A DNA stretch of 64,000 nt from Phycisphaerales bacterium (lineage in GTDB: Bacteria; Planctomycetota; Phycisphaerae; WQYP01). The translations under genes and the position numbers were made by a program. Positions 10,073-20,734 of this stretch are shown one piece after another. The stretch is from NCBI GenBank assembly GCA_027451365.1, contig DAIDJN010000040.1:64001-128000 (forward strand), given 5' to 3'. A model generated the notes under the pieces. It searched no databases. It was not told the DNA's origin and saw only the letters and a program-made list of their open reading frames with translations. How positions within the stretch are numbered: the stretch's first letter is position 1; each line of letters begins with the position of its first letter.

Positions 10073-11512
10073 TTACCAGGATGAAGGCACCGTGACCGTA
10101 TGCGGAGTAAAATTCGGCGACCAGCGAAGCTGCCACAGTTGGGCCAGCGGCACCGTGTGGGCGGACCCATCCGTATAGACCACGTTAATCTGATTCAAAT
10201 GCCGGTTCACGCAGAAAATGCCCATTTCATCGTTATTGGAAAGTGTCGAATTGCCAATATTCAGATTGGTTGGCACCGGGTCCAGCGACTGCGGTGCCGC
10301 ATCCACCCAGATGGCATCGGCAAACAATGGTTCATCGGGCAACAGCGCGCCCTGATACGCACGGGGATCAAACATTGGAAGATTACCCTGCACAATTGTG
10401 CCTTTGCCGCGATCCGTGAAAGTGCCGTTTGTGACCACCATGCCATTCAATGTATAGCCGCCATGAAATGAAACGCTTCCTGCTGCATAGATATCTCCAT
10501 TAATGGCGGTTTGGCCATGAAAATCCACATTTCCCAACGCCACAATGTTCATGCTGACCGAACCGCCGGCCTGATTGGATGGAAACTGGCCGGAAATATC
10601 CACATTGCCGCTTACCAGCAATGTGCCGGATCCGATAATGGTGATCTGACCCTTTGGCGAAAAATCGCCGTTGATAATTTGTATCGGATGAATAGAGAAG
10701 TCCAGCGCAGCGCCGCCGGAACCACCCTGTCCACCACCCTGTGAAGAAACCGACCATGGCGAGTCTGAGGCGACCATCTGATCGTATATTTCAGTTACAT
10801 TGGGTGGTTCAAGTCCCTGAACATTCTGTTCAATTGAACCACTGACGCCGGAATTTCCATTGAACGAAACAGATCCCCCCGAAATAACGTTTCCCTGAAC
10901 TGAAGAACCGCCCACGCCCGACACGCTGCTAGCCGAATACACGTTGCCGTAGAACTGATCATTTCCGCCCAACGTGGCGGAACCCAGGGATGATACCGCC
11001 CCCGCGCCGCCGCCCGGGCTGGCGTTTTTGTTTAAGCCATAGCTTGCCACGGTATTTGCCAACCAGGGATAACCCGGTGAATAAGGCGGGCCCGACATGT
11101 TAATCGAACCCCAGGCTAGACTCGCCGTACCCACGCCGCCCGACGGTGTGGCCGCGTCCGGGCAAATCACATTGCCGGCCATATTGGTGTCAAAAGATTT
11201 CAATTCCTGATACCAGGTCCCCGCGGGTGTGAAATAATCGGAGGGCATCGCACTCCGATAGTGCGTTGCATATTCATTGGCAGCCAAGGCAAGCTGATGA
11301 AGGTTGGAAAGGCAATCGGCCGTACGGGCCAATTCTCGGGCGCGCGTCAAACCGCCAATGACAAGGCTGATCAGTATCCCGACAATCGCCACGGCGATCA
11401 ATAACTCTGTCAGGCTGAAGCCTCTGGAATGTCGTCTGGCATCCGGTGGCGTTTGGCGGACCGCCAACCGGTCGCGGAACGCCGGTGCTCGCAATTTTGC
11501 ATCGACCATCAT
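10073..11512 (-). CDS. Prepilin-type N-terminal methylation / H-X9-DG (DUF1559-like) protein with inserted beta-solenoid-like region
   Basis: RGFSLTELLIAVAIVGILISL...ARELARTADCLSNLHQL; C-terminal RHLNQINVVYTDGSA (H-X9-DG). AGGAG RBS before ATG at 11512. Confidence 0.85.
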   Translation of the reverse strand: MMVDAKLRAPAFRDRLAVRQTPPDARRHSRGFSLTELLIAVAIVGILISLVIGGLTRARELARTADCLSNLHQLALAANEYATHYRSAMPSDYFTPAGTWYQELKSFDTNMAGNVICPDAATPSGGVGTASLAWGSINMSGPPYSPGYPWLANTVASYGLNKNASPGGGAGAVSSLGSATLGGNDQFYGNVYSASSVSGVGGSSVQGNVISGGSVSFNGNSGVSGSIEQNVQGLEPPNVTEIYDQMVASDSPWSVSSQGGGQGGSGGAALDFSIHPIQIINGDFSPKGQITIIGSGTLLVSGNVDISGQFPSNQAGGSVSMNIVALGNVDFHGQTAINGDIYAAGSVSFHGGYTLNGMVVTNGTFTDRGKGTIVQGNLPMFDPRAYQGALLPDEPLFADAIWVDAAPQSLDPVPTNLNIGNSTLSNNDEMGIFCVNRHLNQINVVYTDGSAHTVPLAQLWQLRWSPNFTPHTVTVPSSW

Positions 11513-11996
11513 AAAACAACTCCTGCCAGAGACGCGTTCCGGCGGTATGCAAATCCGACCGGGCCTGACAAATTCGGACCGGTTCGGGCGCCTCATCGCG
11601 GCAGCCTGATGCTTCGCCATCGCGGTGAAGAGCGGAGTCTGCGAATTCCACAGTCTCCTTATAATCTCTTTCTTCGGCGATTCTTGTCCGCTAAATCAGC
11701 GTTTTTTTAAGCCAAGTTTGTGGCCGTGAACCCGCCGCCGGATTGCGTCTGAAAATATCGGCACGCTGTTTAAAAGAAGTGGCAATACGCGGTTATATGA
11801 CCTTGTGGAAAAAATAAAAAATTATTTTCAATTGCCCGCAAAGTTCCGGAAAAATCATCCATTTCCAAAGTAGATGTGTGCATGTTATCGGCTGCGGGCG
11901 GGGGCTGGAACTTCACAAGTCCGGTACCGCTGCGGCATTTGAATGGCGCGGAAAATAACGGCGGGTAGGCGAGCGCTCCGCGGGCGCGCGATCGTT

Positions 11997-13979
11997 TCAT
12001 TGTTCAGATTTTATTTCCCACGCGGCCATGGCCTGGGCTAGTTCGCCGCGAAGGCGTTCATATTGGTCCTGTGTGCGCTTAAGTTTCGCCGGTACGCTGG
12101 CAATAGCCGGGTCCGCAAACGATTCCTCGCAGGTTCGCAATTCCGCTTCGTGTCGGGCAATCAGTTTTTCAATTTCCTGCGCCGAAAGTCTGGCTAGATG
12201 CGGGGCAATGCGCGGCGCGGCATTTTTCGTCGCCGCGGCCTTCTTCCGGTCGGAATCCTGCGATTGTTTGCGTTCGTCGCGGCGTTTGTCATTCAGTCTG
12301 GTCTGGCGGGCCTGCTGGGCCAGCGTTTTCTTTTTTTCCGCCAAGTGGGTCATGTAATCGCTGTAGGCGCCTTTCACCATTTCCCATTCAGCGGTGCCGT
12401 TTTCCCCGGGCTGTATGGCCAGAATCTGGTCACAGACCGCATCCAGGAAATAACGGTCATGGGACACGACAATCAGGGTGCCGTCGAAACTTTCCAGGGC
12501 GCCTTCCACCACCTGGCAGGTGTCCATATCCAGGTGGTTGGTCGGTTCATCCAGCAGAATTGTATTGCCCGGCTTAAGCAGCAGTTTGGCCATCGCCACG
12601 CGCGATTTTTCGCCGCCGGAAAGCGTGCTGATTTTCTTTTCAATTGTGTCGCCGCTGAACATGAAAAGTGCGGCCAGATCGCGAATATCCTGCGGGCTGG
12701 CCATCGGACGCGTCGCGTGCAATTCCTCCATGACGTTGTGCGACGGCGTCAGGTCCTGATGTTCCTGCCGGTAATATTGCAGGCTCACGGCGTGGCCCCA
12801 GTGCAGTTCGCCGGCGTCGGGTTTAATCAGGCCGGCGAAAATATTCAGCAGTGTGGTTTTGCCCGACCCGTTGGGCCCTACAATGCCCAATCGCGTGCCG
12901 CGGGGCAGATTGAATTCCAGATTATCCAGCAGAACGCGTGAACCGTAGGCTTTGCACAGTCCTTCCACCCGCAGCACTTCCTGCCCGCTGTGTTTCTGAA
13001 CTTCCAGATTCAGAATCATGCGCGTTTTATCGTTGCGCGGCGCCGCGATTGCGCCATCGGTTTTGAACCGTTCGAGCAGCGTTTTACGCCCGCGCGCCTG
13101 ACGTGCCCGCTGGCCAGCGGAAAAGCGGCGGATGTATTCCTCCTGCTTGGCGATGTACGTCTGCTGCTGATCAAACACGCGGGCCTGTGCCAGCAACCGT
13201 TCCGCCCGCTGGGCCATATAGGAGGAATAGTTGCCGGTATATTCTTCAATTTTATGATGCCGCAGGTCGATAATGCGCGTCGCCACGGAATCCAGAAAAT
13301 ACCGGTCGTGACTGATGATCACCATGGCCGCATCGGACATTTCATTGATGGTCTGTTCCAGCCACGCCAGCATGGGCATGTCCAGGTGGTTGGTCGGTTC
13401 GTCCAGCAGAAGCAGGTCGGGTCCTTCCAGCAGCATGCAGGCGAGTTGGGCGCGGGATTTCTGACCGCCGGAAAGGGCGGAAATTTTTAAGTCCATTTCC
13501 GCTTCACGAAAACCGAGCTGATCAAGCACCGTATCCACACGGCGCTGCATTTCCCAGCCGCCCTTGTGCTGGAAATGCGATTGAAGCGTGTCAAACCGTT
13601 CCAACGCCGCGTCATGTTCCGGGCCGGAGGCGTGCTTGGCCAGCAGTTCGGCGGCGGCCTCCATGTCACGTTCCACGGCGCGCAGATGTTCAAACACCAG
13701 TTCCACCTGATGGCGAAGTGTCTGTTCCGGGTCCAGCCGCGGCTGCTGGGATACATAGCTCATTTCCGCGCTGCGGGCAATGGCGACCCTGCCATGGTCC
13801 GGCTCTTCAATACCGGCAATGATTTTCATGAGCGTGGTTTTACCCGCGCCATTCGGCCCGACCAGACCAATGCGATCCCCTTTCTGCACCTGCAGGGAAA
13901 TGTCATCCAGAATCACCCGCCCGGAATAGGCCTTTTCAATGTTTTCAACCGTCAGTACAGCCACAGTAATCCCTTGCAT
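11997..13979 (-). CDS. ABC-F family ATP-binding protein (Uup/YheS-like, C-terminal coiled coil)
   Basis: Two NBDs (GPNGAGKT / GPNGSGKT, LSGGQK / LSGGEK, LLDEPTNHLD x2, SHDRYFLD x2) and no TM segments. Confidence 0.92.
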   Translation of the reverse strand: MQGITVAVLTVENIEKAYSGRVILDDISLQVQKGDRIGLVGPNGAGKTTLMKIIAGIEEPDHGRVAIARSAEMSYVSQQPRLDPEQTLRHQVELVFEHLRAVERDMEAAAELLAKHASGPEHDAALERFDTLQSHFQHKGGWEMQRRVDTVLDQLGFREAEMDLKISALSGGQKSRAQLACMLLEGPDLLLLDEPTNHLDMPMLAWLEQTINEMSDAAMVIISHDRYFLDSVATRIIDLRHHKIEEYTGNYSSYMAQRAERLLAQARVFDQQQTYIAKQEEYIRRFSAGQRARQARGRKTLLERFKTDGAIAAPRNDKTRMILNLEVQKHSGQEVLRVEGLCKAYGSRVLLDNLEFNLPRGTRLGIVGPNGSGKTTLLNIFAGLIKPDAGELHWGHAVSLQYYRQEHQDLTPSHNVMEELHATRPMASPQDIRDLAALFMFSGDTIEKKISTLSGGEKSRVAMAKLLLKPGNTILLDEPTNHLDMDTCQVVEGALESFDGTLIVVSHDRYFLDAVCDQILAIQPGENGTAEWEMVKGAYSDYMTHLAEKKKTLAQQARQTRLNDKRRDERKQSQDSDRKKAAATKNAAPRIAPHLARLSAQEIEKLIARHEAELRTCEESFADPAIASVPAKLKRTQDQYERLRGELAQAMAAWEIKSEQ

Positions 13980-14421
13980 TCATCGCAAAAACCGTAATTC
14001 AGCATTGTACCATATCCGCCCAAAATGTCGGCGCGCCGTCAAACCGGAAACCCGGAAGTGAAATGATCGCGCCAGTGCCACTACCTGACAAGCCGCATCG
14101 CCGCTTGGGATATTGTGCCGCACGCGGACGGGTGCGGTTACCATACCCGGACCGCCCGGGTGCTGCGTCTGCTTTCGCCAGTGACTGAACGTCTTGCAAT
14201 TAATGTCTTCCCGCCGACAGAGCGGGGCGGCGTTTAAACTGCGTTCCGCATCCCGGGTCAGCGACAACGCCCGGTTGTGTCGTCCGAAGACCTTCCGCTT
14301 TACATTTGCGTTCAATGTCATCATCATGCTCCTTATGCGGGTGATGACAATAGAATCGCTAATTTTCAGGCTTCCGTGAAGACGCGGTTCGCAATGCGGA
14401 CACTTAATAAAAGCGGTCGGC

Positions 14422-14952
14422 GTGGCCCCTTATCCAGAGAAAGAAAAACGATTGAAAGTTGAACATTTGGAATCACCAAGAAACGACAAAAAAAAATCCC
14501 GACCGCCGCTTGGGGTGGTATTGCTGGCATTCCTTTCCTTGGCACTTGTGGTAGTTGTGCTGGCCACCGGCGCACTGCTGCTGGCGGCTCCGCGCAGCCC
14601 GCTGCTGCACTTTAGCCTGCATTGGCTGATTCGCCTTGGGTTTATCCCCATGCACGGAAAAATTGGTACCGGGCAACTGCCCGCCACCGGGATTGTGTTC
14701 ACCGCCCTGATGATTTACGCCGTGGTCTTTTTCCTTGAGGGCGGCGGAATGCTGCTGGGCAAAGCCTGGGCGGAATATCTGGTGCTTGTGGAACTCGCAC
14801 TTCTGCTGCCCCCGGAAATGGTCGAAAACTACCGGCATACCGATTGGCTCCGACTATTGACCCTTGGCTTTAACGTCATCATTTTCATTTACCTGGCCGT
14901 GCGCCGCGCACAGTCACTCCTTCGCAGCAGGCCAGGCACCGCTGGCGTTTAG
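14422..14952 (+). CDS. Membrane protein, DUF2127-like
   Basis: Four hydrophobic segments; YAVVFFLEGGGM..GKAWAEYL...LLPPE...FNVIIFIYL pattern. Start uncertain. Confidence 0.65.
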   Translation: MAPYPEKEKRLKVEHLESPRNDKKKSRPPLGVVLLAFLSLALVVVVLATGALLLAAPRSPLLHFSLHWLIRLGFIPMHGKIGTGQLPATGIVFTALMIYAVVFFLEGGGMLLGKAWAEYLVLVELALLLPPEMVENYRHTDWLRLLTLGFNVIIFIYLAVRRAQSLLRSRPGTAGV

Positions 14953-15107
14953 CCGATTCTCGCTTATCCCCTCATCATCTGTTCTAAACTGGGGCTATCT
15001 CAACTGGCGCAGGGCCACACTGGAGTGCAGGGCCAGAACGGGAATTTATTACAAGCTCGGGGGCGGGCGTCTCGGCTGCATCGTCTGGAAACCCAAGCAT
15101 TGCAAAA

Positions 15108-15713
15108 TCAGTGTTGTACTGGTCGCATCTGATAAGTTTTCAGGAAAAATTCCCGCCGGGCACGCAGCGTCAGGCTGATGGTTTTGGCCTTCGATCGAAT
15201 GGCGTGAAAATCTCCCCTTATGCGCGCCGGTCCCAGCGGGTCATGAAAATATCCGCTGGATGAAACCAGATGCAAATCTCCATCCACAATTGATGCATGC
15301 ATGATACGCGCGTGGCGGCTATTGTGAATTCGTATGAATCCCGCGCCGGAATAAATTCCCGCGCCAGTCGGGGTTATGACGATGTACCGGAACGTCGCAT
15401 TTATCGCCGTTGGCAGTATCGGGGTTACGCCGGGCACCGGTCGCCAGAACACCCGCACCAGGGCAATCTGCCGGATCACCCGACCCGCACGGGCGGGCGA
15501 CGTGGTTTCCAGATAAAAATAATATGTACCGTCGCGGCTTACGCGGTAATACGATGTTGTAAACTCCGGCCGCAGTTCCGCTTTGCCGATCTGCTGCACC
15601 GGTTTGATGCGCAGCGGGCCGAACGACTTACACCCTGTCAAAAGCCCGGCCAGAAGCAAAACCGGTATTAGCAGCCCGGCGCGGTATAGCATTCGGAAGT
15701 TTATCATGACCAT
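15108..15713 (-). CDS. Hypothetical lipoprotein (very basic)
   Basis: Signal peptide with LLTGC lipobox; beta-rich mature part. Confidence 0.65.
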   Translation of the reverse strand: MVMINFRMLYRAGLLIPVLLLAGLLTGCKSFGPLRIKPVQQIGKAELRPEFTTSYYRVSRDGTYYFYLETTSPARAGRVIRQIALVRVFWRPVPGVTPILPTAINATFRYIVITPTGAGIYSGAGFIRIHNSRHARIMHASIVDGDLHLVSSSGYFHDPLGPARIRGDFHAIRSKAKTISLTLRARREFFLKTYQMRPVQH

Positions 15714-16029
15714 AGCATAATCGCTTGCGGCATATGGGCAACGGGTCCGTCAATTTTTCTGGCGGCGCATATTATTTTATTGGGCACCAAGACCGTCACC
15801 CGCCTTTGCTTGGCATTCGATTGTCCGCCGTAACGCTCAATAAGCTGTTCCCCAGGCACCTTGGCAAATCCGACCAAAAGCGCACCGGTCCGGAAAGAAT
15901 AATCTTCCCGCTGCTTTAACTGGAAATGGGCCATTCATAGTATAATCATCCGCCGGTTCGCTCGCCGCCGGCGGCGGGCGAACGATGCGGTCGTGGAAAC
16001 GTCCGTGCCGGAATATCCCTGGAGATGCA

Positions 16030-17241
16030 ATGACCATGCTTGGTTCAAATATTGTTGGTGCCGATACTCAAAACCCGTGGATTCAGCGGCATGAGGCCGC
16101 GCTGGTGGGAAATTACGGCAAGCTGCCGGTGGTGCTGACACGTGGGCGCGGTTCACGACTTTGGGATGACGCAGGCCGGGAATATCTGGATCTTTTCGCC
16201 GGCTTTGGCGGAACAATATTGGGGCATTGCCATCCGGCTCTGGTTTCAGCTCTCACGCAGCAGGCCCAGACACTTTGGGCTGTGGGAAATCAGTTTTACA
16301 GTCAGCCGCAGGTGCAGTTGGCTGAACGGCTGCGCAGCGACGCCTTTGATGGCCGCGTGTTCCTGTGCCACAGCGGTGCGGAAGCAGCGGAGGCCGCCAT
16401 CAAACTTGCGCGGCTTGCCGGCGGTTCCCAGCGGACGCGTGTCATTTCCATGCATAAGGGTTTTCATGGCCGAACACTTGGCGCTCTTTCGGCCACCGCC
16501 GGTCCGGCGCAAAATGGTTTCGCCCCGCTGCTTTCAGGGTTTGTGCATGTCGAATTTAATAATATTTCCGCACTTGAAGGCCAGATGGATGGAACTGTTT
16601 CAGCCGTTATTTTAGAGCCAATTCAGGGCGAAGGTGGTATGAATATGCCAGCGCCGGATTACCTGCCCGCGGTGCGAAAGCTCTGCGACCGGCACGGCGC
16701 GACACTTATTTTTGATGAAGTCTGGACCGGCGTCGGCCGTACCGGCCAGTATTTCGGACATCAGCATTTTGGTGTCTTACCCGATATTATGACCATGGGA
16801 AAGGCACTCGGCGGGGGGGTGCCCATGGGTGGTATTCTGGCCCGACCGGCGAAGGCCGAGTTTTTTACGCCAGGAACCCATGGGTGCACGTTGGGTGGAA
16901 ACCCGATTTGTGCGGCGGTCAGCAACGCTGTGCTTGCGACCATTGAAAAGGACGGCCTGCTGGAACAGGCTCGCGAATCCGGAGAACTTTTACGCAATGG
17001 AATAGCTGCATTTAATTGTGCCGGCCGGTGCATAAAGGAAATTCGTGGATTTGGGCTTTTCCTGGGGGTGGAACTATGCATTCCGGATGCCGCTCCGGTG
17101 GTTCGCCACGCACTTGCCCACGGCCTGATCATTAACGCCACCCAGAAAAATGTGCTGCGAATCTGTCCTTCACTGGTTATATCCCGGACAGAAATTCAGC
17201 GAAGTCTGGAAATTCTTGAAGCGGCCATTGAAAGCGTATAA
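16030..17241 (+). CDS. argD: Acetylornithine aminotransferase (class III PLP)
   Basis: SGAEAAEAAIKLAR, FHGRT, LEPIQGEGG, FDEVWTGVGRTG, MGKALGGG. GGAG RBS before 16030. Confidence 0.9.
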   Translation: MTMLGSNIVGADTQNPWIQRHEAALVGNYGKLPVVLTRGRGSRLWDDAGREYLDLFAGFGGTILGHCHPALVSALTQQAQTLWAVGNQFYSQPQVQLAERLRSDAFDGRVFLCHSGAEAAEAAIKLARLAGGSQRTRVISMHKGFHGRTLGALSATAGPAQNGFAPLLSGFVHVEFNNISALEGQMDGTVSAVILEPIQGEGGMNMPAPDYLPAVRKLCDRHGATLIFDEVWTGVGRTGQYFGHQHFGVLPDIMTMGKALGGGVPMGGILARPAKAEFFTPGTHGCTLGGNPICAAVSNAVLATIEKDGLLEQARESGELLRNGIAAFNCAGRCIKEIRGFGLFLGVELCIPDAAPVVRHALAHGLIINATQKNVLRICPSLVISRTEIQRSLEILEAAIESV

Positions 17242-17359
17242 CTGCGTGTGCCGTGTGGCATTTCATGCCCGCTTTTCATTCGTTTTTCCGATCGCGAAGC
17301 GGTAAAATAGTGTGGCAACGTTGTTGCCGCGAAATTATAGGGAGTTTTTCACTGTGCTC

Positions 17360-18031
17360 ATGGATGTCTCATGCATGAAATGCTCGCGCCCGGCAGTGGT
17401 GCACCTGACGGATATTACCGCCATTCCCGGTGGCAGCCGGGAAATTGTGCAGGTTCACCTGTGTATGAAACATGCCGTATCAGCTGGAATTGTCGGCAGT
17501 CTGCCGGTCGCACCGGACGTCGGCCATAAAAGCGGCCAGGCCACAGATGCCATTGCCAGCAGTGCGGAGGAAGGTTCCTCAGGTGAGGACGAACACGAAG
17601 AACAATTTGAACTTGATGACGCGATCGATGAATTGGCATTTCTGGACGACGACGCTGATGCAGACACCCCGTCGCTAAAAATTGCGGCCGATTCACCCGC
17701 AAAAGCCGCAGCATCCGGAGGCACCTCCGCTCCGGCGTCCCAAATCAAATGCCCATATTGCGGCACCACCTGGGACGACTTCCGCCGCAGCGGTGTGATG
17801 GGGTGTGCCAACGATTACGTCCTGTTTGAAGCCCAGTTAAACGAAGTTCTGGACGGCCTGCATGAAGGGCATGTGACCCATTATGGAAAAATTGCGGTAC
17901 AAGCCCAAATAAGCCAAGCCGTTGTCCACGCGCGGACGCAACGTCTGCAGACGCGTCTGGCCGAAGCGCTGGCCCAGGAAAAATATGAAGAAGCCGCTCG
18001 CCTGCGCGATGAACTTAAACAACAAAGCTGA
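17360..18031 (+). CDS. McsA-like protein (Cys/His Zn motifs + C-terminal UVR domain)
   Basis: CMKC, HLCMKH, CPYC, GCANDY, HYGK, EKYEEAARLRDEL. Confidence 0.8.
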   Translation: MDVSCMKCSRPAVVHLTDITAIPGGSREIVQVHLCMKHAVSAGIVGSLPVAPDVGHKSGQATDAIASSAEEGSSGEDEHEEQFELDDAIDELAFLDDDADADTPSLKIAADSPAKAAASGGTSAPASQIKCPYCGTTWDDFRRSGVMGCANDYVLFEAQLNEVLDGLHEGHVTHYGKIAVQAQISQAVVHARTQRLQTRLAEALAQEKYEEAARLRDELKQQS

Positions 18032-18096
18032 TAGTGAAATAGTCACAGGGCTTTCCCATAGCCCCCGTGCAGTGAGCATTGACCATTGATTTTCAG

Positions 18097-19224
18097 TCAT
18101 GAGTCATTGATGCCGGCCATGTCCAACGCTTCGCCAGCCATATCCAGGGCGGCGTCAATACCCATTTCCGATTGGGCCAGGATGGCCAGCGCCAGCTTGC
18201 CGACGCATTGCCGGATGCAGGGATCGGTCAGGTACTCCACTGGCGACTTGCCCTCCAGGCGCGCCAGCATCAGTGATCCAAGAATTGTTCCGCCGGCCTG
18301 CGTGGACGGCCCGTGGATGGCCGCGGGCGTGTGCGCTACGTAATGGTTCCAGAAGCGGTCTGCCGCGATCATAAATGGCCGCCACTTTTTGCCGCTCAAA
18401 AACGCCTTAAGCAGCAGATGATTGATAAATGTCGCTGTGTCGAAGGCGGGGTTGCCATGAAAGGCCACCTCAAAATCCAGCAGCATCAGCGGCGCGGCGC
18501 CCGGGTCGGAATCGGCTGGCGGAATCAGCAGCATGTTTTTTGGGGAATAATCGCCGTGAATCAGGCAAGTCGGCCGACTTGTCAGCAATTCAATTACCCG
18601 GTGAATCGCCGGTTGTGCGTCGGCGTGCGTTGGCAACAGGTGCCGTAGATAAGGGTCTATTCGCTGCTGGTCAAACAGCCGCCGGTCGGCAAAGCGGGCC
18701 AGCAGGGCCGGTTGGCCGGCGCTTTTTGTGTGAATTTGGGCTAGAAGTTCGGCCGCCGCCGTCGCCGCTCGCGGATCAATTCGTGCCGCCAGTAACTCTG
18801 TTTTAAAATTCAATGAACCAGCTGGCGCGGCGGAAATGGCCAGAACGCAATTCGCCGGGTCGTCCCAAAGCACCTTGGGGACACTGCCCGCAGGCAACAG
18901 GGGGGCCAAGCCATTAAGTGCATCTCTTTCAGCCCATATACGGTCCAGGTCCACGCGCCATTCGGCGGCGGTGGCAAAAAATTCCAGCGGCTGTTTGATC
19001 ACAAAACAGTTTCCCTGCCGCATGCGCGAATCGGGAAAACCACGTTTCTTTTGACTCTCGCTGCGCATGTCCGTGCCGATCGGATCCCCTGCGCCCATGT
19101 CCATCAGCATCAATACGGTATTGGCCACGCCACCGGATAGATTTTTAGCCAGCACCTGGGCGCTGCTTACAGCGTTCCGCTGGCGAAGGTAGGCCGTCAC
19201 ATTGTCCACATTGAGTTTCTGCAC
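18097..19224 (-). CDS. Aminoglycoside-phosphotransferase / methylthioribose-kinase-like protein
   Basis: LSGGVAN, FVIKQ, LIHGDYSPKN, LLDFEVA kinase motifs. Confidence 0.8.
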   Translation of the reverse strand: MQKLNVDNVTAYLRQRNAVSSAQVLAKNLSGGVANTVLMLMDMGAGDPIGTDMRSESQKKRGFPDSRMRQGNCFVIKQPLEFFATAAEWRVDLDRIWAERDALNGLAPLLPAGSVPKVLWDDPANCVLAISAAPAGSLNFKTELLAARIDPRAATAAAELLAQIHTKSAGQPALLARFADRRLFDQQRIDPYLRHLLPTHADAQPAIHRVIELLTSRPTCLIHGDYSPKNMLLIPPADSDPGAAPLMLLDFEVAFHGNPAFDTATFINHLLLKAFLSGKKWRPFMIAADRFWNHYVAHTPAAIHGPSTQAGGTILGSLMLARLEGKSPVEYLTDPCIRQCVGKLALAILAQSEMGIDAALDMAGEALDMAGINDS

Positions 19225-19293
19225 GCATTCCCTTCGTTCAATTGGCCCATACTGTCCAGAATTTTTTTGCCCATCAGTCGGTCAGTGCGGTAA

Positions 19294-19689
19294 CTACCGG
19301 GGCCTGCCAGCCGCACCGGGTAACTGGCGGACTTTTACCCGACCAGCGGTAAGCGTATAAAGCCGTCGTGGGCTTAATCGCGGGTATCGGACAAAAAGGC
19401 GGTCAATCGCCTCGGCGGGGGCCTCGGCTACGTTTGCCACAAGCAGAACAATGGTACGATTAAAATTTATTTTTTCATCATAAACGCGATGAATCAGGTC
19501 TGCGTCATTCGTGATCAGTTCCCATTGGTTTTTCGCCAAAAGGGCGAAAAACTCCGCCCGGCCCTGGGCATCCGCTGTGTCGGGCAATGGCGAATCGTCT
19601 GGATCTGGCCCCACGGCCCGGTGCGAATGACGACCCAGGGCTGCGGAACCTGGTTTAATGGCGATGTTGCCATGGAATAAAAACTGCAT
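19294..19689 (-). CDS. Hypothetical protein, possibly degenerate PIN-like (DUF5615-type) fold
   Basis: MQFLFHGNI...LITNDADL pattern resembles PIN-like proteins but lacks the first Asp. Confidence 0.45.
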   Translation of the reverse strand: MQFLFHGNIAIKPGSAALGRHSHRAVGPDPDDSPLPDTADAQGRAEFFALLAKNQWELITNDADLIHRVYDEKINFNRTIVLLVANVAEAPAEAIDRLFVRYPRLSPRRLYTLTAGRVKVRQLPGAAGRPR

Positions 19690-19831
19690 GGTGTGCCCTT
19701 TGGCTGTCAGGCGCCCGGCGGGCGCGGCGGATGAATTTACTTTGCTCCGCGGCTCAATTCAACCGGTTTGGAATCGAAGGCCGGGGCGGCATGATGCCCC
19801 AAGCGGGCAACCTGTCAGGCGGATGATTGTC

Positions 19832-20734
19832 CTATGGATTGTGTACAGCGGCAAGCGCTGCCAGCGCGCACGCCGCCAGCGAAACGTCATGCACCCGATG
19901 AATGCGCACGCCGCGCTGCGCCGTGAGCAGTGTCGTCAGCGCTGTCACGGTGTCACGTGCCGACCAGCCGGAAGCCGGAATTTCCGTCAACGTGGCATTC
20001 GGCGGCAGCAGCCCGGCCAGGAAGCGCTTGCGCGAAACACCAATAAGCACCGGGAATCGCCGGGCCACCAGGCGGTCAATTCCCGCCAGCAGTTTCCAGT
20101 TGTCCGCGTCGGTTTTTCCAAACCCGATTCCCGGATCCAGAATAATCCGATCCGCCCGGATGCCGGCATCCATCGCCGCATGCGCCCGTTGGACCAGGTA
20201 GTCAAAAACGTGCGTGCAGATGTCCGGATGCCCGCGCGCCGGCTGATCGGGTGTTTCCGGTGCCATGTGCATCAGCACTATCGGACTGCCGAATTCAGCG
20301 GCTACGTCGAGTATGTCCGGGTCAAATTCCCCGGCTGAAATATCGTTGACCATGTCCGCGCCCGCCTGCAACGCGGCCCTCGCCACATGGCTCAGGCGGG
20401 TGTCCACACTTATCGCCGGCCGACGCTGTGGACCGGCACCATAAATTCCCTCAATCACCGGCAGAATTCTGTGCAGTTGCCGGGCGGCATCCACCGGTTC
20501 GATACCGCGCCGGTGGAAGCTGCTGGCCTCTCCGCCAATGTCCACAATCGCCGCCCCCTTGGTGTACAGGCCCATCGCCTCGGCGATGGCTCCGCTGTGG
20601 TCAATTTCCTGATCGCGGCCGAAACGCCCGCCATCGCTGAAACTGTCCGGGGTGACATTCAGCACGCCCATAATCAATGGGCGATCCGAATTCAAAAGTT
20701 GAGACATTGTTGTATCAACGTGTGTAAATATCAT
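19832..20734 (-). CDS. folP: Dihydropteroate synthase
   Basis: IMGVLNVTPDSFSDGG, VDIGGE, ISVDT, NDISA, LDPGIGFGK, GVSRKRF, RVHDV. Confidence 0.95.
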   Translation of the reverse strand: MIFTHVDTTMSQLLNSDRPLIMGVLNVTPDSFSDGGRFGRDQEIDHSGAIAEAMGLYTKGAAIVDIGGEASSFHRRGIEPVDAARQLHRILPVIEGIYGAGPQRRPAISVDTRLSHVARAALQAGADMVNDISAGEFDPDILDVAAEFGSPIVLMHMAPETPDQPARGHPDICTHVFDYLVQRAHAAMDAGIRADRIILDPGIGFGKTDADNWKLLAGIDRLVARRFPVLIGVSRKRFLAGLLPPNATLTEIPASGWSARDTVTALTTLLTAQRGVRIHRVHDVSLAACALAALAAVHNP

